A stretch of DNA of 64,000 bases from Chiloscyllium plagiosum (taxonomy: Eukaryota), in assembly GCF_004010195.1 (NCBI RefSeq), contig NC_057728.1, forward strand, positions 27,968,108 to 28,032,107, in the 5' to 3' direction. This document shows positions 1 through 11,300 of this stretch, piece by piece (positions within the stretch are counted from its first letter, which is position 1; each line of letters starts with the position of its first letter). Made by a program: the position numbers and the translations under genes. The notes under the pieces are model-generated. The model searched no databases and had not been told where the DNA came from. It worked only from the letters and a program-made list of their open reading frames with translations.

Positions 1-170
1 ACAACACTGGCATCTATCTGGTAAAATGGAAAATTGCCCCCGGTATGCCCTGTCACCAAAAGCTGGACAAATCCAAACTGGACAACTACTGCGCAACTAG
101 TCTACCTTCAGTCATGGGCAAAGCAAAGGAATGACTGCATTAAGTAGGACTTACTCAGCAATAACCGATC
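1..170 (+). mobile_element. Degenerate non-LTR retrotransposon (CR1/L2-group) RT fragment
   Basis: ACAACACTGGCATCTA...TGGAAAATTGCCC...GGACAAATCCAA...ACTAC resembles the W-K-x-A...K...N-Y-R-P-I-S-L region that precedes the LINE RT domain; frameshifted. Confidence 0.5.
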
Positions 171-193
171 AAGTCTAATGAAACTTCATGGTA

Positions 194-848
194 TATTACA
201 TTTTGAAACCTCGGTACTAAATTGGGAAAATGATGTATAGTTTTATGGTTGGATTTTATTTCTATATTGTGTGTAATAAGAAGGGAACACATAGCCCTAG
301 TCTCTTTTTTAAATTCTATGAGTGATGTCAACTTGATTGGATATTTGTTGACACGTGCATTTTCAAAGAGGGTTTAAAATCTTAGAACAGAGCTTGAGAT
401 GAATAGTTCAGTGCTTTAGAAACAAGGCATAGAAAAAAAATTTGGTTGCATAGTAACAGGGATGCTGTATCACTGAAAGGCAGAACTACCTAGTAGGTCC
501 CAGTGTTCACAAGTTCAGTCAGACCAAAAAGTTAAATGCTGTTAGTACAGCAGTCTCCAAAACCATCAGGGCTGGCAAAAAGTCTTGAATAGGTTAGAAA
601 AAAACTAGAAACATAAATCTGCTGGAAGTTGAATGTGCTATGTGTTTAGTCTGAAAATGTTCAGAAGTCAGAAGAAATCTCCATAAAGTAATTACAGCTG
701 TTCTGAGAGAAAAGGATTAATAAAATAAAATTAATTGACCGTTTGCTGAGCTTTGAGTCAATAAAACGTGATTTAGGGAAAAAGTATTGAACTTTTATTT
801 CCAATATCTTAATAAGAAAGTTTCAAATAGTTCATGTATAGTGTAACA
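194..848 (+). mobile_element. Possible decayed LTR (Gypsy-like)
   Basis: Begins TATTACA (degenerate TGTTACA), ends GTGTAACA, has AATAAA near 760, and is followed by TTGGG. Weak, inference only. Confidence 0.25.
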
Positions 849-1071
849 TTGGGCCAAATGTTCCAAGGAATGGTAATCATAGGCAGATGATAACCCCAAA
901 CCCTCTTTTTAACATGGCAAAAGAGCCCCACATGCTGATCAGCTTCCTTCAGAAATATGAAGCTGTACTTCCATTCTGACATGTTCCCTGTATCGCAGAA
1001 CTGTGGAGGGGAAGGCAAACGACATTCCCTTTATCACAACACTCAGTTACCATATTCTGTGTCAAAACGTG

Positions 1072-1590
1072 TGACAGTAGAAAAGCACAGCTGGTCAGGC
1101 AGCATCCAAGAAGTAGGACAGTCAATATTTTGGGCATACACCCTTCATCAGGAATGTGAGGGGTAGGGGTCTGAGAGATAAATAGGATGATGGGATCGGG
1201 CTGGGGGAACGTAGCTGGGAAGGCAATAGGTGCTTGCAGGTGGAGGGTGATGGTAATAGGTGAGGGGACAGTGAAATGTATAGGTGGGAAGGAAATCGTA
1301 CAGTTGAGACAGGTCAAGAGGGTGGTGCCAAGTTGGAGGGTTGGATCTGGGATGAGGTGAGGGAAGGGGAGATTTGGAAACTAGTGAAGTTGACGGTGAT
1401 GCCATGTGGTTGAAGAGTCCCAAAGTGGAAGATGAGGCATTCTTCGTCCAGATGTCAGCTAGCTTGAATTTGGCGATGAAGGAGACCCAGGACTTGCATG
1501 TCCTTGGCTCAGTGGGAAGGAGAGTTAAAGTGGTTGGCCACAGGGTGGTGAAGCTGTTGGGTGCATGTGTCCCAGAGGTGTTCCCTGCAA
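1072..1590 (-). mobile_element. Penelope-like retroelement 3' fragment
   Basis: The minus strand reads as a GIY-YIG C-terminal tail (VANHFN...DMQVLGL...LIFHFGTLQPHGI). The terminal block GAAAAGCACAGCTGGTCAGGCAGCATCC...CCCTTCATCAGGAATG recurs at ~4860, ~24220, ~26820 and ~44890. Confidence 0.65.
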
Positions 1591-3810
1591 CACTCCATTT
1601 TCAATGCAGGCAGCTAGAAACTGACTACACTTGTTTTAAATGTTATTTTGACCTAGGAAACAGTCATGAAAAAACACTGCAGAGTGCAGCCTCAAAAAAT
1701 TATTCATCCGGAGGCTTTGGTGATGATAGTGTGAGGAGTGATCTCTTCTATTCAAAAGGAGTTGTAGTAAAAGTTGTGGGCTATCTCTTATCATTTTTAG
1801 AGTTCAGATTTCAAGTTAGTGCATATAAGTCTTGATTATTTTTGTGAAAGGTTTAAAAAGAAACAAATTAGTGAGTTATTTCCAGAACAATGATCTAATT
1901 CAGTATATGTCAGTGAGCAGGTGACGGCAAAATCCCTGCAGCATTAAGGGAAGATTGTTGATACTCTTGAGGATTGCAGCAGGGAATGTAAACATTGAAA
2001 GGAATTAGTTTTGGATTTAGAATAAGAAAAGTTTGGTTATAGTTTAGAAAAACCTAGAGATTGAGAGTTTTTAGGAATTTTGGAGGAGAACAGACTAGGG
2101 TCAGAAACAAATATCGATTCTCTCGCAAAGGTGTGTAACTCCAGTGAAGGCTCAGTTATTTTGAGGCAAAAGCTTAGTTGGGGGAACTTCTAAACCAGAT
2201 GTATTTCAATAGAAATGTGCCGATGATTAAAAAACTGTATCATGACCATAGGTCAGAACCCTGAAGTATTATGCACATTTTAAATTCTATCTCCAAAGTG
2301 TATGTGTTAAAAGGGATTATTACAGCCAAAAATGGCTATGGAAATAAATTACATAGCATTTGTAGAGCAAGAGAGAAAGAAAGAGAGAGAGAGAGACCCA
2401 CTCTTTATGAGAATTTCACTCATAAAGTTGAAAATGGAACACCAAATGACAACTCTTCAAAGCAGGAGGAGACAAATCAAAGCAGACCAGACCAGGATCT
2501 CTTGTGGCTACAAAGGGTAAAAAAGGCACAACAGCCTGGGGACTATATCCCAAACTGCAGACAGATTTTGTGTTATTCCTCTGAAGAATACACAAATGCA
2601 ATGGTAAAAAAGCCAGTTTCAACTATAATGGTGTGTCCACATGGGTCTTGCAGACTAAGATACTTCAGTGTATTAGCCTGAGTTTCAGCATTAGCATACT
2701 GTGGTGATTACTGTCAAAAGCTGTACCTCAGCTACTCAACGCTGCAGGTAAAGGTATTCTCCCACTCAGAGTGCCAGAGGTCAGCTAGCTACTGAGTGAG
2801 ACAACATGAACCGGGACAACAAAAGGATTAACATTATAAATGGGCATGAAATTCTTGTGTTGCTACCATTGTCCATTTATCATGAATTAAATGTTTAAAA
2901 ATGCTCTTTTCCAATTCAAATGGCACAACTGTTACATCTGGAGAGCTTCTGAAAATTAAGACTAGTATTTCTGCAAATGCCTTGCCTAATTCGTTAACGA
3001 TCGACAGCGAAAAACATCCCATGGCTTGTCTATTTTGTTGTCCACAATGCCACTCAGACTTATCTTCAATCTGTTTAAGTACTAGTGGCAGAAATGTTCA
3101 TAATGTAAATATAACTACCAGTTACATTTAGACTCTCAGTAAATTATTGTGCTACTGTTAGATAGTATAATCTGAATACCACCAATTCTGACATTAGATT
3201 TTGGTGCGTCGTCAGTTAGTTACTATTACTTGCAATGGAATCAAAATACCTTTGCTTTCCCTTTTTGCCTGCTCACCGGTGCTTTCCCCTGTTTTAGAAC
3301 TTCTTGAAAGCAGCTATTGGACCAAACCGCACAAAGATAATAAACTGCTGAGAACATTAACGGAAATTGTATGATCTGAATGTCGCAAACGAAAACATAA
3401 TAGGCTGCCTCCAATCCGTGTTACAACCCTATTCCCTAGACATCCTTACTGAATTGGCCCCCGTGCTTCTAGTGGGGAGACCAAAGCAGCACCAGAACTA
3501 CTTTATGTGGAGGTATCTGCAAATACGGAAGAGGCTACACCCTTCCATGGCTGAAGGTGCTTTCCCCCACCATCCCAATGCATTTTTATTACTGAGTACA
3601 ATCTTAGACTTTATTTCAGAAACACCAACAGAAAGCGAAGAACAAACTTTTTTTTAACAATGGTAATACGGTATGACAAAGTAAGATATTCTTCCATAAA
3701 TATTGTTTAAAGTTTGCCTTTGCCACTAGCTTTCCATTATCTCAGTTACTAACAGTATCTCACATTGACTTAATAGCTATTTAGTCTTTGACGATTTGTC
3801 TATACATTAC

Positions 3811-4136
3811 CTTTCTCCTGAGTATTTGCAATGGCCCAGAATAAAAAATCTGCACAGGTGAAGTTGGCCACAGTCTTGACATTTCTTGTTCGGGTAGTCC
3901 TTACAGAGCCGGACAACGGTAGTGGCTATGATTCGACTGTCCGACGCTAGCTCAGACTCTCCCCCAGTTCCTTGGACAATGGTAAAACGCTGGCAGCCTT
4001 TCAATGTCATAGTTAGATGCACGTCAGATACTGCTTCACTTTTGGAGAGAATTCTGCGGAGCTGCTCATGAAGCAGTGATCCATTATTGGAACACAGGAT
4101 CTTGACGATTTTCTGTTGGAGTGTTGACAGCGACAT
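3811..4136 (-). CDS. PARP12: First coding exon of a ZAP/PARP12-family CCCH zinc-finger (antiviral mono-ADP-ribosyltransferase) gene; the rest of the gene runs off the left of the window
   Basis: MSLSTLQQKIVKILCSNNGSL...RF.IV...RIIATTVVRLCKDYPNKKCQDCGQLHLCRFFILGHCKY matches the ZAP/PARP12 N-terminal helical domain plus the RLC..C..C.QLHLC.FF..G.C zinc-finger start. The exon ends at donor AAG|GTAATG (intron starts at 3810, phase 2). PARP12 versus ZC3HAV1-like cannot be resolved from one exon. Confidence 0.85.
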
Positions 4137-4204
4137 TTCTGCCCGTCGTTTTCTTGCTGAATGACTGTGACAAAATCTTTCTCAATATGTGAGTTGGAAA
4201 CCTG

Positions 4205-4222
4205 GAAAATGAAAGTGAAACT
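4205..4222. promoter_or_regulatory. ISRE / IRF element
   Basis: GAAAATGAAAGTGAAACT (minus: AGTTTCACTTTCATTTTC) is a full ISRE consensus AGTTTCNNTTTC plus a third GAAA core, about 70-85 bp upstream of the PARP12-like ATG. Confidence 0.8.
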
Positions 4223-4844
4223 TCAGCGACGTAAATCCCTCTCCAGAACGAAATGGCATGATTAATTAAGTGGAACTAGTGTTGCAATCACCACAAAAGA
4301 TAGAGAGAGTTAAGAGTTTTGAAATTTCTTTCATCCTTTAAAAAGATAGACTGAAGCCGTGAGGTGTTTCTGTGGTACCATAAACCTTTTCATTTCTTGC
4401 CCAAATTAACATACTCCGTGGACGGAGTACAACCGAAACATTTCCGGCTAAAACACAGATAATAAAAACTCTAACACATGACCACGATCGGGTGTCAATA
4501 ACGTTCTATCCAGAGCAGATGCATACTCAGAGAACATGAATAAAGGAGGCATGTTGGCTGTGTTAGAAAGGTGGCTACATTACAAAAATACTTCATTGGC
4601 GAAGGTTGTGAAGGGCGCTACATAAAAGCGTGGTTTTTTTTTTAAACTCAAAATAGGATTTCTCCGGACTGTGAATACCAGTCTCAGGTATGCGACTTTA
4701 GAAGTGTTTTATACACATATCACAAAGAATAAGAAAAAGATCGAGATAGCAGGAAACCTTCCAGAAGGAGAAATACAGATTTGATCGTTCTTCTTTAAGT
4801 ATCCCCCCCCCCCCCCATTTCAAAGCTCTGTTGCTTGTTGTCAA

Positions 4845-4965
4845 AAAGTGTGGTGCCTGAAAAGCACAGCCGGTCAGGTAGCATCCGAGGAGCAGGATAG
4901 TCCATGTTTCGAGCGTAAGGTCTTCAGCAGCAATGTCAGTATCTGCAGTTCTCACTTTCTCCTCT
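4845..4965 (-). mobile_element. Penelope-like terminal fragment
   Basis: GAAAAGCACAGCCGGTCAGGTAGCATCCGAGGAGCAGGA...GTTTCG is homologous to 1080-1155. Confidence 0.5.
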
Positions 4966-5849
4966 GTTGCTTGTGTCAGGTATTGTTGTGGAGAAAATGT
5001 AGAGAACCACCGAGTTCTTCAAAAAATAGGTCTTTTATTTGCAAACAAAAATCCGTGACACTGAAAAAGCAGATTCGCGAATGCCCATTAACCTCAGGGT
5101 CCGTGGATTTTTTTTTAATCATGTTTCTGTTAGCTTATCAGCATGCCCAACTACATTAATCAAAGTACCTCACTCTAGCTACACAATAACCCAGTGATGT
5201 TAGTTCCCATTATCTCTTTAGTTGTACATTCTACTTAATGTTATTCTAATGTCACCGTTAGATATTTATTGCTAACTCTGCCACAGTGATCTTTCCATTT
5301 CAGACTAACCTGTCATGATAGATATTTAGCTATTCCATCTGTTACAATAGTCTCCTGTCTCAAGCTGACTCTACTATTAATTAGATACTTTAATGTCATG
5401 TCCCAAATATTTATTGCCCCAACCCTGTCATAATAACTCTTAACAGAGAAACTTGCTTTATTAGTTGTGTTATCTTATCTCGCCATAGTGATCTTTCAGC
5501 CTTAACCTTACTCTGCTAATTGGTGTAAGAATGTTCCACTCTGGTTATCCCATCCTGCCTTCCACAGAACATAGGTTGCCAGTGGTCTCATGCTTTAACC
5601 CTTCCCATGCTTTCATGTTCTTTATTTTCCATAGTATATCGCTTGCTAAGGTTCATGCTAGTTGAATGTAAGGTTCTCCAGAGTGCTTCTTCCGTTGTGG
5701 GATAAGAATAAACAAGTTTTTTTTAGCAATGGTGAACAAAGAAATCTGATCAGGTTACTGATCTAGTTTGTGGATGTTGGCTAAAACTTTCCTCCCTGTT
5801 GGTTTCTTTTTCCCTCTCTACCTTGCGATATCCAAGCACAGGATTTGAA

Positions 5850-7720
5850 TATCACCTTGACCAAGGAGAAGATGCTGGGGAAGCTGAAAGGTCTGAACAT
5901 GAATGTCACCTGGACCAGATGGACTACACCCCAGACTTCTGAAGGAGATAACTGAGAATGTAGAGGCATTGATGGTGATCTTTCATGAATCACTGAAGTC
6001 AGGGAGCGTCCCAGAGGACTGGAAAATGGCTACTGGAACACCCCTGTTTAAGAGGGGTGCGAGGCAGAAGACAGTAAGCTATAGGCTGGTTAACCTGACC
6101 TTGATAATAATCAGTCTGACCCAACATTGGGACACAAATAGACTTTAACCTCATGCCTTTAATGCATTATCTGTGTGGAGGTTTTGTCAAAGCTATCTTG
6201 AGAATGTAACTTTAAAAAGTTCTGGGATTTACAAATGAAGGAACCAAAACTAACATGATCATTCTAAAAGATGAAAGACTTAAGCTAAATTTGTTTAATA
6301 TTACATTCCATGACACTGCAATCCTGTTGCTATAAATTCTGTGTCATATGATTCTGCTCCACTACCACCTGATAAAGGAGCAGCACTACGAAAGTCAGTG
6401 CCTCCAAGTAAACCTGTTGGACTGTAACCTCATGTTGTGTGATTTTTAACTTTGTGCACTCCAGTCCAACATCAGCACCTCCAAATCGTAAACATTTAGA
6501 CTCCATTATTAAGGATGAGATTGCGGAATACTTGGAAGTGTATATAAAATAGGGCTGAGTCAGCATGGTTTCATCAAGCAGAGGTCACGCCTGACAAATC
6601 TGTTAGAATTCTTTGAAGAGGCAATGAGGAAGTTGAATAAAGAAGAGCCAGTGAAATTTGGAACTCCAAAAGGCCTTTGAAAGATGCTGTATAGAAGGCT
6701 ACTAAATAAGATAAAAACCCTTGATGTTAGGGGTAAGGTACTGTATGGAGAGGGGATTGGCTGACTGGCAAAATAGCAGAGAGTGGGGATAAAAGTTATT
6801 TTTCAGGAGATCAGCCGTTGACTAGAGGAGTTGCACAGAGACCAGTGTTGAGATCACAACTGTTCACATTATACATTAATGATCTGGAAAAAAGGAACTG
6901 AGGGCATTGTTGCTAAGTTTGCAGATGACACAAAGTGAGGTGAAAGGACAGATTGCGTTCAGGAAGCAGGGAGGCTGCAGAAGGACTTGGATAGGTTAGG
7001 AGAGTGGGCAGATGGAATGTGGGAAAATGTGAGGTTACGTGCTTTGGTCAAAAGAATAGAGGCTTAGGCTATTTTGAAAATCTGAAGCACAAATGGACTT
7101 AGGAGTCATTGTTCAGGATTCTTTTATTGTTAACATGCAGATTCAGTTGTTGGTTAGGAAGGCAAATGCAATGTTAGCATTCATTTTGAGAGGGGTACAA
7201 CACAAAAATATAAATGTACTGCTGAGGCTGTGGAAGGCTTTGGTCAGACACATTTGGAATATTGTGAGCAGTTATGGACCCAAGAATGATGGAAGGATGT
7301 GCCTTGGAAAGGTCCAGAGGAGGTTTAAAAGAATGACCCCAGGCATGAAAGGTTTGTCATATGAGATGCAGTTGAGGACTCTGAATCTGTACTTGATGCA
7401 GTTTAGAAGGATGAGGGAGATCTGATTGAAGCTTATCGAATATTGAGAGGCCTAGATAGAGAGATATAGAGAAGATGCTTCCTTTAGTAGGAGACTGAAC
7501 TGTGGAGGAATCCTTTCAGCCAGAGAGTGGTTAATCTGCCACTGCCACAGAAGGCTGTGGGGGCCAAGTTATTGACTGCACTTAAGACAGAGATAGATCG
7601 GTTTAGTAAGGGATCAAGGGTTACTGGGAGAAGGTAGGAGAATGGGATTAAGAAACATGTCAGCCATGATCAAATGATGAAGCAGAATTCTTGGGCCGAG
7701 TGGCCCAATTCTGCTCATAT
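5850..7720 (+). mobile_element. 5'-truncated, decayed CR1 LINE (ORF2 RT + 3' end)
   Basis: Fragments SPGPDGLHPRLLKE...SGSVPEDWKMA..TPLFKRG...YR.V.LT, QHGF, KFADDTK, DLGVIV...KAN.ML.FI.RG..., E.VQRRF.RM.PG; multiple stops and frameshifts; interrupted by an insertion at ~6107-6487. Confidence 0.85.
6107..6487 (+). mobile_element. Retroelement 3' end (Penelope-like family) nested in the CR1
   Basis: Splits the CR1 RT sequence. A homologous copy lies at ~56750-57126 (shared ...CACCTGAT.AAG...AAACCTGTTGGACT.TAACCT..TGTTGTGTGATTTTTAACTTTGT...CCAAATC). Confidence 0.6.
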
Positions 7721-7904
7721 AACTTATGGTCTTATGGAGGGTGTAGGGTCGCGTATGGCGTTGGTGGTGGTAAGTGCCTCCATTCTCTAGAAGGATCCAA
7801 ATGTGTATGAAAGTAATCTGGGCCCATTTCAACATCACTTGAAGTGAATGTCAGTCCAATACACTGCAAAGAACTGAAGGAATTTTAAAATCATAAGTCT
7901 TTAT

Positions 7905-8335
7905 CACATAGTGTTATAGAGGTGTACATTATGGAAACAGACCCTTCGGTCCAACTCGCCCATTCCGACCAGATATCCTAAACTAATCTAGTCCCATTTG
8001 CCAGCACTTGACCCATATCCCTCTAAACCCTTCCTATTTAGAAACATTTATATGATCATTCCTCAGCCTTCGATGCCACTCCCTATACCTCAAACCCTCC
8101 AACCCTGACAACATCCTTGTAAATCTTTTCTGAACACTTTCATGTTTCACAACATCATTCAGAGAGGAGGGAGACCAGAATTGCACACAATATTCCAAAA
8201 GTGTGTTAACCAATGTCCTGTACAGCCACAACATGACTTCCCAACTCCTGTACTCAATACTCTGACCAAGAAAGGAATGCAAACTAAACACCTTCTTACT
8301 ATCCTACCTACCTGCGTATCCACTTTCAATGAACT
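7905..8335 (-). mobile_element. CR1 LINE 3' fragment
   Basis: Minus ORF IEYRSWEVML.LYRTLV..LLEYCVQFWSP...E.VQKRFTRML.GLE is the CR1 ORF2 C-terminus; followed by the CR1/HE1-shared 3' tail. Confidence 0.85.
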
Positions 8336-8399
8336 ACAAACTAGTTTGCAAGTGGGGCTGATCAGGAAAATAGTTCAGTTTCCTTGTTGAGTCAGTGCA

Positions 8400-11300
8400 A
8401 ATGTCACTGTGGTGGTCTGGGAACACAGTTTATCCTAATGGATTGGACATAGAGTTCACCCTGGTGGAGAGCACAATGTGGTTACATTGATGAAGTGGAC
8501 ACAGGGATTACCCTGGCACAATCGGCAAAGTATGAACCCTGGTGATGGGGGAGCAGAGTTCACCTTGGAGGAGGGTATGCAGAGATAGCACTGGTGGAGT
8601 GGACACAGTGGTCACCCTGGTTGAGGGGGTGCAGTGGTCACCCTGATGGAAGGGGTGCAGTGGTCACTCTGGTGGAAGGGGTGTAGTGGTCACCCTGGTG
8701 GAAGGGGTGCAGTGGTCACTCTGGTGGAAGGGGTGCAGTGGTCCTTCTGCTGGAGAGGGTGCAGTGGTCCTTCTGGTGGAGGGGATGCAGAGATAGCACT
8801 GGTGGAATAGACATAGTGGACACCCGGGTGGAGGGGGTGCAGTGGTCACGGTGGTGGAAGGGAGGTGCAGTGATCATTCTGGCAGAGGGGGTGCAGTGGT
8901 CACTTCGTTGGAGGGTGTTATAGTGATCACCCCGGTGGAAGGGGTACAGACTTCACTCTGGTGGAGGGGGTTTAGTGGTCACTCTGGTGGAGGGGGTGCA
9001 GTGGTCACTCTGGTGGAGGGGGTGCAGTGGTCATTCTGGTGGAGAGGGTGTAGTGGTCACTTTGGTGGAGGGAGTGCAGAGGTCATTCTGATGTAGTGGT
9101 CGTTCTGGTGGAAGGGGTGAGTGGTCATTCTGGTGGATGGGGTGTAGTGGTCATTCTGGTGGAGGGAGTGCAGTGGTCACCCTGGTGGAAGGATGTAGTG
9201 GTCGTTCTGGTGGAAGGGGTGAGTGGTCATTCTGGTGGATGGGGTGTAGTGGTCATTCTGGTGGAAGGGGCGCAGTGGTCACTCTGGTGGAAGGGGTGCA
9301 GTGGTCACACTGGTGGATCGGTTTAGTGGTCATTCTGGTGGAAGTATTATACTGGTCACCCTGGTGGAATGGATATAGTGGTCATTCTGGGGGAAGGGGT
9401 GCAGTGGTCACTCTCGGGAAAGTAGTGTAAGGGTCATACTGGTGGATGGTTTGTAGTCGTCATTCTGGTGGAGGGGATGCAGCGGTTACTCTGATGGAAG
9501 GTGTGTAGTGGTCACTCTGGAGGAGGGGGTGTAGTGGTCACTCTGGTGGAAGGGGTGCAGTGGTCATTCTGGTGGAAGGCGTGTAGTGGTCACCCTGATG
9601 GAGAGGGTGTAGTGGTGGTGGAAGGGGTGCAGTGGTCATTCTGGTGGAAGGGGTGCAGTGGTCATTCTGGTGGAGGGGGTTGCAGTGGTCATTCTGGTGG
9701 AAGGGGTGCAGTGGTCATTCTGGTGGAGGGCTTGCAGTGGTCACTCAGGCGAAAGGCGTGCCATGGTCACTCTGGAGGAAGGGGTGTAGTGGTCATTCTG
9801 GTGGAAGGGGCTGCAGTGGTCATTCTGGTGGAAGGGGTGCAGTGGTCACTCTGGTGCAAGGAGTGCAATGGTCATTCTCATGGAAGGGGTGCAGTGGTCA
9901 CTCTGCAGGAAGGGGTGTAGTTGTCATTCTGGTGGAAGGGGTGTAGTGGTCATTCTGCTGGAGGAGGTGCAGTGGTCACTTTGGTGGAAGGGGTGCAATG
10001 GTCATTCTGGTCGAGTGGGGGAAGTGGTCACCCTGGTGGAGGGAGTGCACTGGTCACTCTGGTGGAATGGTGTAGTGGTCATTCTGGTGGAAGGGGTGCA
10101 GTGGTCATTCCGGTGGAAGGGTGTAATGGTCGTTCTGGTGGAAGGGGTGTATTGGTCGTTCTGCTGGAAGGTATGTAGTGGTCATTGTGTTGTAGCCGGT
10201 GCAGTGGTCACTCTGGTGGAAGGAGTGTAGTGGTCATTCTGGTGGAGGGGGTGCAGTGATCACCCTGGTGGAAAGGGTGCAGTGGTCACTCTGGTGGATG
10301 CGGTTTAGTGGTCATTCTGGTAGAAGGGGTGTTAGTGGTCATTCTGATGGAAGGAGTGCAGTGGTCACCCTGGTGGAAGGGGTGTAATGGTCATTCTGGT
10401 GGACAGGGTGTATTGGTCATTGAGGTGGAAGGGGTGTAGTTGTCATTTTGGTGGAAAGGGAGCAGTGATCACTCAGGTGGATCGATTTAGTGGTCATTCT
10501 GGTGGAAGTATTATACTGGTCACCATGGTGGAATGGGTGTATTGGTCACTCTCGAGGATGGGTTGTAAGGGTCATACTGGTGGATGATCTGTAGTCGTCA
10601 TTCTGGTGGAGGGGGTGCAGTGGTCACTCTGGTGGAAGGTGTGTAGTGGCCATTCTTGTGGAAGGGGAGCAGTGGTCACTCTGGTGGAGGGGGTGCAGAG
10701 GTTACTCTGGTGGAGGGGCTGCAGTGGTCATTCTGGAGGAAGGGGTTTTGTGGCCACTCTGGTGCAGGAGATGCAGTGGTCACCCTGGTGGAGAGGATGT
10801 AGTGGTCATTCTGGTGGAAGGGGTGCAGTGGTCACTCTGGTGGAAGGCAGGTAGTGGTCACCCTGGTGGAGAGGATGTAGTGGTGGTGGAAGGGGTGCAG
10901 TGCTTTTTCTGGTGAATGGGATATAGTGGTCACTCTGGTGGAAGGCGTGCAGTCGTCATCGGAGGGGGTGCAGTGGTCACTCTGGTGGAAGGGGTGTAGG
11001 GGTCATTCTGGTTGAAGAGTTGCCATGGTCATCCCGTTGGAGGGGGTGCAGTGGTCATTCTGGTGGAAGGGGTGCAGTGGTCACTCTGGTGGAAGGTGTG
11101 TAGTGTTCACTTTGGTGGAAAAGGTGTAGTGGTCATTCTGGTTGAGGGTGTGCAGTGGTCACTCAGGTGGAATGGGTGCAGTGGTCACTCTGGAGGAAGG
11201 GGTGTAGTGGTCGTTCTGGTGGAGGGGGTGTATTGGTCGTTCTGGTGGAAGGGGTGCTGTGGTCATTCTGGTGGATGGGGTGCAGTGGTCACTCTGGTGG

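Noticed and set aside
1860-2700. ORFs 2271-2681 and 2332-2520 as a host gene
   Set aside because: No recognisable domain or splice support; possibly decayed LTR-retrotransposon internal sequence, but too degraded to call.
2830-3660. Possible exon 2 of the PARP12-like gene
   Set aside because: I found no C-x-x-S-H / LLQND-like peptide with a proper acceptor on the minus strand; exon 2 is probably beyond the window start.
4984-5713. Reverse-oriented solo LTR upstream of the PARP12-like promoter
   Set aside because: TG...CA ends and a minus-strand AATAAA can be found, but there is no TSD or second copy in the window to support it.
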